Positions 11,098-20,968 of a DNA stretch of 64,000 nt are shown one piece after another. The notes under the pieces were generated by a model. It was not told the origin of the DNA, made no database searches, and saw only the letters and a program-made list of their open reading frames with translations. The stretch comes from Andalucia godoyi And28. Its lineage: Eukaryota; Protista; Jakobida. The stretch lies in contig VRVR01000029.1 in NCBI GenBank assembly GCA_009859145.1, forward strand, positions 186,001 to 250,000, in the 5' to 3' direction. How positions within the stretch are numbered: position 1 is the stretch's first letter; every line of letters starts with the position of its first letter. Made by a program: the position numbers and the translations under genes.

Positions 11098-12678
11098 ATG
11101 GGAAACAACAGCAGCTCGAGTGCTGCAGCAGACACGCAGGTTTCCTCTGTTTCCCACACGAGCGCGTCCAATTCAAATTCACATTCACATTCAAATTCAG
11201 AGTTCTTGGTCCGCGGAGCTCAGGGTTCGACGACTTCTGCGTCGTCCAAAAAACAATGTCCCACAAAAGTTCTCGCACCTGATTCAGAGGAAGAGCAAGA
11301 AGAGGAAGATCTTGTTCAACGTACGAATGTTTCAGAGGGGTCAAAAAGAGCTTCTTTAAAGCGAGAAGCATCGCTTACTGCCTCGGGAGGTCCATCAGAA
11401 AGAAAGAGACTGAATAGTCGCATCTATGCACAGATTGAACGACATGCGGGCCCCGGGCGTCCTGATGACGACGACGACGACGACGACGACGACCTGCTGA
11501 TGCGACGAATGGACGATGTTCGGTCTGATCAGAGCTTCGTTCCGCCGCCGAAAAGACCAAAGAAGCAGGTTAGTATTTTGGAGGACTCTGATGATGACGA
11601 GATCATTTTGCTGTCTCGAAGATCTCCTGCTCCAGATCCATACAAGGAAAACGAACTCTTTGCACCGTGTTCTATGCCGACGCAGCTGCCAGGCAAGAAT
11701 CGTGGTGCTGATTTTGTTCGTCAATCGTTGGGTGACAAGGAGCCCTTGGTGATTGAAGTCGGTGCAACGAATGGCGATCATGGAAATGAATTCCTTGAGG
11801 AGGAGGTCCAAAGTGGCGGTGGTGGCGGGAACCAGGCGATGTTTCTGGTGGAGCCAACGCAGATCATTCCGGCGGCACTTCCGTCGTTTTCAAACTCTCT
11901 CTTCCCGTATGAGCGGTTTCCGGAGTTGGAGAGCTCGAAGGACCGCCATCTAGGATCGGGCATCAGGAAACCGTCGCCGTCCAAGGTTTCTCCAATGCCT
12001 GGCTCGGTGTTCAACACTCCCAATGGCAGATCGTCGCTCAAGATGTTCATCACGTCCGAAGAGGAAGATCCGCAGAGTGGCGGACCTATTTGTGTAGCAG
12101 CCTCGCAAGATACCAAGGTGGCAGATGTGTCGCAGGAGCCGCTGCTGGTTCAGACAAGCAAGCCGCACTGCAAGGCTGCGGTTAATCCACAAGATCGTGC
12201 GTATGCATCAGGTGGCGAAATTGGTGACGACGGTAGCGTCGATGATGCGCGAGTCCCGCTGGTGGAAACCCACGCATGCGCTCTCTGTCATCGGCGGCCG
12301 GAAAGCAGCACCGAGGATCTGGGAAGATTCATCGGGCCGTATCCGTTCTGGGTCCACGAGCAATGTGCTGTATGGTGTCCGGAGGTGTACTGGTTTGAGG
12401 AAAAACTTGTGGATCTCAGACGTGCCATTTCTCGAGGAAAAAGGCTCAAGTGCGCGTATTGCCACAAGGTAGGGGCGACCATTGGCTGTCTCGTTCCCTC
12501 CTGCCGTTGTTCCTACCACCTTCCGTGCCTTCTGGAACATGACGACGAATGCGGCATTGATTTTGAAAAGTACCTTGCTGCCTGTCCTCGCCATCGAGAG
12601 CAGCTTCTACAATCATTATCGCCAGCAAAGAAAAAGTCGTCGAAGCAGTCTCCTGCGCGCAGCGCAAAGGGACGGTGA
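11098..12678 (+). CDS. Extended PHD (zf-HC5HC2H) finger protein with long acidic disordered N-terminus
   Basis: CALC...WVHEQCAVWCPEV...CAYCHKVGATIGCLVPSCRCSYHLPC pattern; probable ATG at 11098 (MGNNSSS). Confidence 0.85.
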   Translation: MGNNSSSSAAADTQVSSVSHTSASNSNSHSHSNSEFLVRGAQGSTTSASSKKQCPTKVLAPDSEEEQEEEDLVQRTNVSEGSKRASLKREASLTASGGPSERKRLNSRIYAQIERHAGPGRPDDDDDDDDDDLLMRRMDDVRSDQSFVPPPKRPKKQVSILEDSDDDEIILLSRRSPAPDPYKENELFAPCSMPTQLPGKNRGADFVRQSLGDKEPLVIEVGATNGDHGNEFLEEEVQSGGGGGNQAMFLVEPTQIIPAALPSFSNSLFPYERFPELESSKDRHLGSGIRKPSPSKVSPMPGSVFNTPNGRSSLKMFITSEEEDPQSGGPICVAASQDTKVADVSQEPLLVQTSKPHCKAAVNPQDRAYASGGEIGDDGSVDDARVPLVETHACALCHRRPESSTEDLGRFIGPYPFWVHEQCAVWCPEVYWFEEKLVDLRRAISRGKRLKCAYCHKVGATIGCLVPSCRCSYHLPCLLEHDDECGIDFEKYLAACPRHREQLLQSLSPAKKKSSKQSPARSAKGR

Positions 12679-12881
12679 TCTCAGCGAAGGAATTGCCAGC
12701 CACATTCTCATCTTATTTACATGTACAGCGCAGCTCACCAATCGAAAGATCTAAAAGAAGAAAAGCAAAGCATGAGCCAAAGTGCAGAAGCTAAATGGAC
12801 GCATGGCCGATATCTGTTCTTCGTCTTCTATTGCAGGTGCAGGTGCAGGTGCAGGTGCAGCGTCAGCAACCAACCCAGTCA

Positions 12882-14009
12882 TTAATGTGCTGCCGCAACC
12901 TGCATACGCCCGTCTACTTCATAGGGCACGCAGTCGATAATAAACTCTTTTGGAGCCATTGTGACGACGCGGTCCAGTAGTCTGCAAGATATATCCGAAA
13001 AGTTGTTTCCCCAGACGGAGACCTTTGAAAGAACGCTCTGCGAAGCAATTGCTTCCATCAACAGGCACAGCCCTGCATCGCCAATCTCATTCGACGACAC
13101 ATTGATCTCCTTGATCACTTGGTTCGTGGCCAACAGCTGTGCCAATGCAGCGGCGCCCTTGTCAATCACTCTGTTGCAGGCAATATCAATGGACCGAATC
13201 GACTTGTTATGTTGCATCAGTTTCGCAAGATGCAGGCACGAATCTGGGCCCAGTCTGTTGCACCGAAAGTTCAAACTCTGCACGACCTGGTTTCTGGAAA
13301 GCGACTCAACAAGAACAGACAACGCGTCGTCCGTCAATCCATGCTTCGCGAGACTGAGGTGTTTCAAGCGCTTGTTGACCAACAACGTATCCGACAGATG
13401 AATGATGACTTCGTGATCTCGACTGAGCTGCAGCGGCCGATCCAAAACCAGTTTTTCCAAGGTGACGTTTGTTCTCAGTGCAATGGAGAGCGCGATAAGC
13501 GAGGACGTTTTCAGTTCGCAATTTCCAAGATCAAGGCTCTTGATTGACTGATGATCCCGTAAGGCGTCTGCGAAGGCAAGACCTCCTTCGTTAGAGATTG
13601 GATTTTCAGAAACATCAAGAGACTCGATGTAAGAATTACCTCGGAGCGCACCCGCCAAGTACTGCGCACCATCTAGTCCAATATTGTTGCATTTCAGCAC
13701 GAGATGCCTCAGTTTCTTGGAGTTTTTCACATATTTCGAGAGCGCAGAAGCCCCAGCATTCGAAATCTGATTATACGACAAATCAACCTTGGAAAAGCAG
13801 TCGACCGACTCCAGCACTTCAATAAACGCAAACAGCTCCACGTCAGAAACGCGCTTTGAAAAGTTCTCTACGCAGTTGCCATTCAGAATAAGACCAGACA
13901 GCTTAAGCCCTCGTCGTATCGCTTCCTCCACGGACCTGATAAGCTCCGCTCGCGCCTTCACTCCATACTCCTTGCATATCTGAACATACGTATCCAAAAA
14001 ATCCTCCAT
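12882..14009 (-). CDS. LRRC34: RNI-like leucine-rich repeat protein, LRRC34-like
   Basis: Repeated L--L-LS-N-I---GA units; C-terminal DCVPYEVDG resembles the LRRC34 tail. Confidence 0.8.
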   Translation of the reverse strand: MEDFLDTYVQICKEYGVKARAELIRSVEEAIRRGLKLSGLILNGNCVENFSKRVSDVELFAFIEVLESVDCFSKVDLSYNQISNAGASALSKYVKNSKKLRHLVLKCNNIGLDGAQYLAGALRGNSYIESLDVSENPISNEGGLAFADALRDHQSIKSLDLGNCELKTSSLIALSIALRTNVTLEKLVLDRPLQLSRDHEVIIHLSDTLLVNKRLKHLSLAKHGLTDDALSVLVESLSRNQVVQSLNFRCNRLGPDSCLHLAKLMQHNKSIRSIDIACNRVIDKGAAALAQLLATNQVIKEINVSSNEIGDAGLCLLMEAIASQSVLSKVSVWGNNFSDISCRLLDRVVTMAPKEFIIDCVPYEVDGRMQVAAAH

Positions 14010-14015
14010 CTCGTG

Positions 14016-14017
<2 letters not shown>

Positions 14018-14046
<29 letters not shown>
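14018..14046 (-). repeat. (AG)14 microsatellite ending 8 nt upstream of the LRRC34 ATG
   Basis: (CT)n run on the + strand. Confidence 0.95.
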
Positions 14047-14346
14047 AATCACCCATAGAAGAACGGAAACAAACCTGAAAAAGCAAAACACATTCTTCTC
14101 GATCGAAACTGGGAAAAAGCGGCGGTTGACTCGGCCCAATAAAGGCATGTTACACACGTTTTTTTACAGCTGCTCTTTCGAGTTTCCAGGTGATTTCGGA
14201 GTTCCTCCACTCGCAAATGCCCGACAACATCCGTAGTGCGTATTCGGTACGTCCTCGAAGTCTCCAAACAACGACGATTGGACGGATTGACGAAGGAGGA
14301 TCCGTGGCGCCATAAGAGTAAACAGACGAAGACGAGGGAAGTACCC

Positions 14347-14494
<148 letters not shown>

Positions 14495-14515
14495 AAAGCG
14501 TGGTTCATGTATTAA

Positions 14516-15314
14516 ATGAGCGAAGATAGAGGCCCTGAGGGACGGCCAGTCATTACGCTTTTTGATATGTGTCTAGAACCCATTCTTGCGGATGCATACG
14601 GTATGTTGGCTTAGTCTTGGACTTGGACGTGGACTTTGACTCGGTCTTGGATTTTGACTTGTTTTATCAGGTCTAACGGTTTTCTTTTTTCTTTTTTTCT
14701 GTTTGTGTTATGTCTTTTCAGCGTCTGCGTTGCATCCCAATTTTTCAGATCTTCCGGATTTCGTAGCAAACCTAGTGTTTGCGAAACTCTCGATTCGGCA
14801 AATTGCAAAAGCAGAGAATCGTCATTTGCAGAGTCGCATTTTCAACAATGATATTATCTGGCATCGGTTTGCATGTCACAAAATGACGAATGTGGAACTG
14901 AATGCGAAACCATTGGATCTTTCCTGGCGCATGTATTATGCTTCATGGAAAAAAACTCGCCGACGCTATTCCAAGTCTTTATCTTTATTCCCCCTTTCAT
15001 CTTCTGTATCATCATCATCATCATCATCATCATCGTCGTCGTCGTCGTCACGTACTCCAGAAAGTCGGTTATTATCGGACAAAAATGAAGAGTCCACTTC
15101 GGATGAGACTGCGTCACTCGACCTTCCTTGTGAAGACCAGGCTCGGAATGCCAGAAGAAGCAGGAAACGATCAATCTCAGATGCCTGTGAATACCGCGCA
15201 AAGAAGAAGGAGTTTGTAAAGTGCCCCGTGTGCCAACAAGCGAAGCCACGGTCGTTAGACTGTCGTTCTTGCAGCAGTCCGGGTTTGTCAGTGGATGATG
15301 CAAGCTTGAGCTAG
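14516..15314 (+). CDS. ELOA: Elongin A-like protein, 2 exons: join(14516..14600,14722..15314)
   Basis: Exon 1 carries the BC-box VITLFDMCL. Intron 14601..14721 (GTATGT...TTTCAG, CTAAC branch) is phase-matched; spliced length 678 nt. The following LPDFV..L..KLS..Q....E......D.IW....SWR..Y matches the Elongin A domain pattern. Confidence 0.75.
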
Positions 15315-15490
15315 CTAGAGCCTGGAACCACCGATTGTGGGTGGCTATCGCTGCTCTTGTAAAAAAAGGAGACCATTCCGCCTCTAGATTGTAATAAAGA
15401 CACACAACAACTCATTCATTCTATTGGAGGACCACAGAGAGAGAGAGAGAGAGGATGCTGTTCGACCATAGAGCAACAGGATCAACGCGT

Positions 15491-18400
15491 TTAGATATGG
15501 TCGAGAGACATGCAGTGGCAGTCACAATCTTTCACAGGGCACACATCATGGGCGCCAAACCATTCCACCAGATGTCGGACGTGGCCCCCATGCTTGCACG
15601 ACTGGCACCAACTAAACCAAGTATCCGGGCCGAACGACAAATCACGATGCTGCACACCTTCTCGTTCCGATGCAACCATCAGCGACGGAGTAGACGAAAA
15701 TCGAGAAGCAGCGGAAAACGTCGCAGACACTTGGCCAATTGCAGACGGAGTGCCAGTGGTTGGCGGTCCCAGAACACTAGAATTAGAAAACTCGATATCG
15801 CCACAGGAAGCAATCGGTGATCCATACGTAATGCCGCAGACAGAACATTTCATCAGCGACTTGGAGCAAGAAGCACACACAGAAGGTCGATTCTCCTTCT
15901 TGACAGCAACCGTGGAGGTTCGAGATAAGCTACCCCAGCCAGCACCAGGGACTGGATTGGGCGGCTGAGAACCACCACCGGGGTTTCCGGGAGCAACGGA
16001 CTTCTTGAGAGGCGCGCCGTGCAGCAGTGAAGCACCGCAGAATGCACATGCAAGATGAACGGGTGGTGCATCATTCGTACTCGACCGAGACATCGACTGG
16101 GACAGGCCAAGGCGATTCCAGAACGACGTAAGGCATACATCGTAATCGGCACGCACCAGATACAAACCCCACCGGTCCAACAGATCACGATACTCATCAA
16201 CCCAGTTAACCCAAACCGGTGCGGGATCTTCTGAGCTGCGCACAGTCAGCGCGGAATACATGTGCTTCGGGAACTGCAGCAGGATATGCGCGGCAGTTTG
16301 CAAGTCAGCAGTATCATTGACATACTGCTGCAGAAGATCAAGAAAATCGCGATCAAAACCAGTGAGCAGCACGCCTTCCAAAACTCCTCCTCTGACATAT
16401 CGATTCTTCATCTCCTTTAGAAATGCAGCAAGGTCGCCATCTGGAAGTATCAACAAAGCCATGGCAATGCGATCCACTATTTGCAAACTTGCATCGCGCA
16501 AAAATGGTTCGATGAGCGACTTCTCTGCAGTCAGAAACACCAAGGCAGCAAATAAATAAGGAGACTTTCGCAGAAGCGACTTCACCATCGGTTGGTCTAC
16601 CATTCTTGCCTTCCAGTTCAGTTTATCTTCGCGGGAGTAAGACGCCAGAGCAAGACCGAAAAAGTAGAACGCTTGGCGGGCATCCGTAGAAAACATCTCT
16701 CCTTCAGATATCTGGTTCAGCATTCGGGAAGCACGAGGGACGTCGTGCATGAACGTCGCTTGAGCCACAAGCCGCTCGGCTGTGACAACATCCGTCATTC
16801 CGTCAATCAGAGGCAAAGAAGCCTGGATGATTGGAATGCCGCACATCTGAAGAGCAACGTTGCGCCGGTCTGGCATGCTGCCCTTGAACTGTAGCCTGAA
16901 ATACTTGTCTGTCTCTTCGGAAATCTTAACTGGTCGGAAAGGCAGTGGCGCATTTTCGACACTGGAATTCGAGGCAAGACCAAGAACCTTGACAAGTCCG
17001 GGAAACGCAGAGGCCTCCGCTTTTGAGTTTGCAGAATCCTCAAAACTCATTTGCTTCATTCTATCAACCCATCTCCAGAAGGATTCCACGTTCGACTGTC
17101 CCAATATCCGGGAAATATCCGCATTCTTTGCACAATCAATTCCGTATCCCATCTGGCATCTCTTCCGTACAGTGTCTGAGACGTCGTTCATGATCACTTG
17201 CAGTACCTCCACACAGGCATGGTCCCTTTCTAAAGCAACTAGCCCTGAAGCTCCCACTGCATACTGCGGAGTCGTCAGGATCTTGGTTGCCTGCAAGAAT
17301 CCGTCAGAAGAGATCGAGACGAGCAAGTCACTGATCTTTGGATGCAGCGAGAAACCGAGAACTGCAATTGCATCTGCTTCAGATCCAAAGGTGTTCATGC
17401 CCGTTGAAATCCCGAATGTTGGCAGCACAGGAGCAGAGAACATGGCATTCACAGCGAATGCAGCGGCAGAACTGTTGTTATGATGACTATTGTTGCTGGC
17501 GCTGGCGCTGGTGCTTTGAGAATTCGCACTTCCTGGGTTGGTGAAGCTGTTATTTGCCGGGGACTCCTCTGACAGAGCACCTCCATGCATTGCCGTAATT
17601 TGGTCGTGGAAGGATGCATTCTGGCTCCCGTTCAATCGGGCGAGGTAGACAGAGTGCCACGCAAAAGGATGGTTTCCTTTGACAGGCCCGTCTCTCACCG
17701 ACCATCTCCGTACGATGGACTCGTCTTTGCAAAGAGTGAAGATCTCGTCTTGCACACAAGATGACCATTCCGCCTGCACAAGAGCCTTGGGCCCCGCAGT
17801 GAAGGATGTGAATGGCGAATCCATTCGTCGAATGTCCCATAGTTTGATGCTCCCATCATCTGAATAGGACATCAGCCTATTGTGGTTAAACGGATCGAAC
17901 CGCACGCCTAAAACTTGCTTTGCAGAGTGTGCAACTTGCACCTTTGGCGTGTTTGTATCACGCAAATCATAGATGCGTAGCCAACGCGTTCCGGACCCAA
18001 CCGCAAGACTCATGGGATCGAAAGGAAGCCATGCTATCGACACCGCTGCTTCCTGTCCTTGAAAATCATACGTTGGTTTTCCAGTCCCGGTCTTGTCCTT
18101 GTTCGCCAAGGAGCTATTTACTGCGCCCAGGCCATGCGCACCACCGCCATTCAAACCGTCGACACTGCTATTTTCATTCAGATCCACGTAGACACCAGTA
18201 AGCCCGACTCTCGCAGGAGAAGCATTGAACGCCCCTATGTTGGACACGGTCTTCGAAGACGATTTTCTGGGAACCGCAACATCGGGTGCATTCAAGAAGA
18301 GTGCTGGAACACCTACCTGCGAATCCCAGATCATCACACAGTTTTCCTTGCCAATGCGATCGTATCCAGCCGCTATCCAATTATGAAACAATGGATTCCA

Positions 18401-18763
18401 ATCGACAGAGAAGCAAGTCCGCGAAGATCGGAGCGCATATTCTTTGATGATTCCGGCCTTGCTGTCCGACTGTTCAAGATCCACAATAAGCAACTTCCCA
18501 GACGAAAGTCCACATGCCGCTAGTCGATCGCTCGATCGATGGCACCAACTGATGCACCTTGGGAACTGAACGTCGGAAACAGTGGAGATCTGGCGAAACA
18601 CTTTAGACGCATCCACGCCCGCACCTACAGCAGCACCTTCTTGCACGGAGCTCGACATCACCGACGCATCAAATCGATACACATGAATCTCGTTGGAGGC
18701 AAGCAGGAATTCGTCATTTGAATCAGGCCTCCATTGCACAATCGGCTTTTTCGAAGAAGACAT
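15491..18763 (-). CDS. MIOS: GATOR2 subunit Mios/Sea4 (WD40 + alpha-solenoid + C-terminal zinc finger/RING)
   Basis: N-terminal WD40 repeats; CAFC, CASC..CSVC and WFSWCQSCKHGGH...WF....CPV..C.C.C; probable ATG at 18763. Confidence 0.93.
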   Translation of the reverse strand: MSSSKKPIVQWRPDSNDEFLLASNEIHVYRFDASVMSSSVQEGAAVGAGVDASKVFRQISTVSDVQFPRCISWCHRSSDRLAACGLSSGKLLIVDLEQSDSKAGIIKEYALRSSRTCFSVDWNPLFHNWIAAGYDRIGKENCVMIWDSQVGVPALFLNAPDVAVPRKSSSKTVSNIGAFNASPARVGLTGVYVDLNENSSVDGLNGGGAHGLGAVNSSLANKDKTGTGKPTYDFQGQEAAVSIAWLPFDPMSLAVGSGTRWLRIYDLRDTNTPKVQVAHSAKQVLGVRFDPFNHNRLMSYSDDGSIKLWDIRRMDSPFTSFTAGPKALVQAEWSSCVQDEIFTLCKDESIVRRWSVRDGPVKGNHPFAWHSVYLARLNGSQNASFHDQITAMHGGALSEESPANNSFTNPGSANSQSTSASASNNSHHNNSSAAAFAVNAMFSAPVLPTFGISTGMNTFGSEADAIAVLGFSLHPKISDLLVSISSDGFLQATKILTTPQYAVGASGLVALERDHACVEVLQVIMNDVSDTVRKRCQMGYGIDCAKNADISRILGQSNVESFWRWVDRMKQMSFEDSANSKAEASAFPGLVKVLGLASNSSVENAPLPFRPVKISEETDKYFRLQFKGSMPDRRNVALQMCGIPIIQASLPLIDGMTDVVTAERLVAQATFMHDVPRASRMLNQISEGEMFSTDARQAFYFFGLALASYSREDKLNWKARMVDQPMVKSLLRKSPYLFAALVFLTAEKSLIEPFLRDASLQIVDRIAMALLILPDGDLAAFLKEMKNRYVRGGVLEGVLLTGFDRDFLDLLQQYVNDTADLQTAAHILLQFPKHMYSALTVRSSEDPAPVWVNWVDEYRDLLDRWGLYLVRADYDVCLTSFWNRLGLSQSMSRSSTNDAPPVHLACAFCGASLLHGAPLKKSVAPGNPGGGSQPPNPVPGAGWGSLSRTSTVAVKKENRPSVCASCSKSLMKCSVCGITYGSPIASCGDIEFSNSSVLGPPTTGTPSAIGQVSATFSAASRFSSTPSLMVASEREGVQHRDLSFGPDTWFSWCQSCKHGGHVRHLVEWFGAHDVCPVKDCDCHCMSLDHI

Positions 18764-19107
18764 GTTGTGGAGCCACACACCTCCCCTCCTTTGTTTGAAC
18801 GCTCAAATAGAATAAAAAATATATAAGAAAATGTTTTTTCAAAAAAGATAACAAACAGGAGCAGCAGCATTTCACGTTAAGAATAATAATAGTAATAATA
18901 ATAATAAATGAAGCAATGACTGCGAAACGAAGAAACGTTCTGCACATTTACAGTATTTTTTTTGTCCGAGAAACGTACAGACGTTGCGTTGACTGCGCAT
19001 ACTGATATAAGTATCCAGGCACCTATGATACCAAAACACAACAACAACAACAACAACACAAAAAGCAAACAAGGATGCTCGTAATGCGTAGCGAGAGATT
19101 TACTGGC

Positions 19108-19920
19108 TCACCTGTCTTTGACGCCCCAGCACATGTAATTGACGTCCAAGTTTGGGGTCTTTTCAAAAGTGTTTTTCAAAAAGTTGAATCGAACTCCCGT
19201 GAAGTCTACGATTCCGATCTTGTTGAGTTCTGCGAGCGCCGTGATTTCCTGCGGAGTGACAAAGTTTTCCCACTCGTGAGTGCCCTTCGGAACCCAGCCA
19301 AGCACATGTTCTGCAGCTACGATACCCTCCATAAATGACCTCCAAGTTCGGTTGAGGGTTGAAAACACAATGACGCCTCCTGGTTTCAGCACATTCGACA
19401 GCGATTCCACAAACAACGGAGTATCCGCAACGTGCTCAATGACTTCCAGGGCACAAACGGCATCAAATAGCTCGCCGTCCCTTGCCAGTGCTTCTGCAGT
19501 CGTGTTTCGGTACTCGAGAAGCGGAAGTGGATGCTTAAGCAGTCGCTGTCGTTCTTTTGCAACCTCTGTGTTTTCCCGCGTTGCGTCAACACCCAGGACA
19601 TTCGCTCCAAGCCGAGCCAATCCCTCGCTTAGAAGACCACCTCCGCAGCCGATGTCAAGCACTCGGAACCCAGACAGCGGCTTCCCATCTGCTGCAGCTG
19701 CTGCACCCCCGCTCTCACGCGAGAGACGTCCGGGAGCAATAGCAAGTTCGTTGAGACTAATGGCTTCGGAGCAATAGCGAAGGCGAAGGGGATTCAGTTG
19801 GTGTAGAGGCCGAAACGCTCCTTTGGGATCCCACCACGCCTTGGAAAGCGCAGCAAACTTGCTGACTTCATGTGCACTGACAGTTGTCATTCGCCGCAGA
19901 CTGACAAATCCAACACGCAT
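19108..19920 (-). CDS. COQ3: Ubiquinone biosynthesis O-methyltransferase (Coq3/UbiG)
   Basis: EVSKF..L...WWDP.G.FRPLH.LNP.R, VLDIGCGGGLLSE.LAR.GA, LEVIEHV, PKGTHEW; probable ATG at 19920 with a short presequence. Confidence 0.94.
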   Translation of the reverse strand: MRVGFVSLRRMTTVSAHEVSKFAALSKAWWDPKGAFRPLHQLNPLRLRYCSEAISLNELAIAPGRLSRESGGAAAAADGKPLSGFRVLDIGCGGGLLSEGLARLGANVLGVDATRENTEVAKERQRLLKHPLPLLEYRNTTAEALARDGELFDAVCALEVIEHVADTPLFVESLSNVLKPGGVIVFSTLNRTWRSFMEGIVAAEHVLGWVPKGTHEWENFVTPQEITALAELNKIGIVDFTGVRFNFLKNTFEKTPNLDVNYMCWGVKDR

Positions 19921-20968
19921 CCTTTCTTCTTCTCTGTTTTTCTCTTGTACTATGCAAGTCGTCACCTGTATCTACTTGCTTACCGGCAATGCATTTGTGT
20001 GTAGCAGCGATACTCCCAAGTTTCCAAAAGAAAAAAAAATTAAAAAAAAATTTGTATATAAAAAAATAAGAAAAAGAAAAAACAAAAATATCTAACCCGT
20101 CGACACAAAAGCAGAACTTCAACTACATCACAGTCAGCTGTAAAAGAAATCAGCGTCCAACATGCTTCGACATGAAACGAACCTCGCGTGATGCTGCAGC
20201 TGTGGCGCACTTGAGTCTTAATGAACCCCCCCTCCTTTGGGACGCTTTTTTTGACGCCTACATTAAACACTGAACATGCATATCTACGAATAGACATGCA
20301 TATTCAGCCTTGCATCCCGTTGCCGGGAAGGGGATGGGCCCCAACACGCCTCACGTTGTTCCTGAGAAGGGTGCATTTTGATTCCGACGGCCCTAGCAGC
20401 AGACGCTTTCGTGCCCTCAGTTGCAGCGATTGATGCAGCTGGAGATACGAAGGTAGGAAGAGGCGGTAGGCGTAGTGACACGCGGTCTCTTAGGAGGTCT
20501 GCGGGACCTAGGAGGCCCTGTATCGAGCGGCGTAGGCGTGGGCGAATGCGCCATCCCAGCGCACTCACGCCCATATTTGAATAAAAAAATGAAACCAAAA
20601 AAACCAAAGCAACGAATGATAGAATAGATGGCTACGGATGCTGCGTTAAAGAGCGTCGAAAATGCGGAGTCTGTGTCAACGGCTGAATTCTGGCCGAGCG
20701 TGCGTAAGCACGAATTCCTGTGAAGCAAACGTGCCAGTGTCGGCCAGTATTGTCCGTGTCAGATTATGCATTCTTCCGCATGCATGACAATGTCGTGTTA
20801 TTATTCAGCGGTTTTCGTTGTGTGTTTCTGTCGAGAAAGCATTGAGCACGAGTAAAACAGAGACCAACACACATATACGCACACAGAGAGAAAAGAGAAA
20901 GAGAAAGAGAAAGAGAAAGAAAGCGGATAAGAGATACGACTAAGATTGATAGGGGTGGCCTCGCAAGG

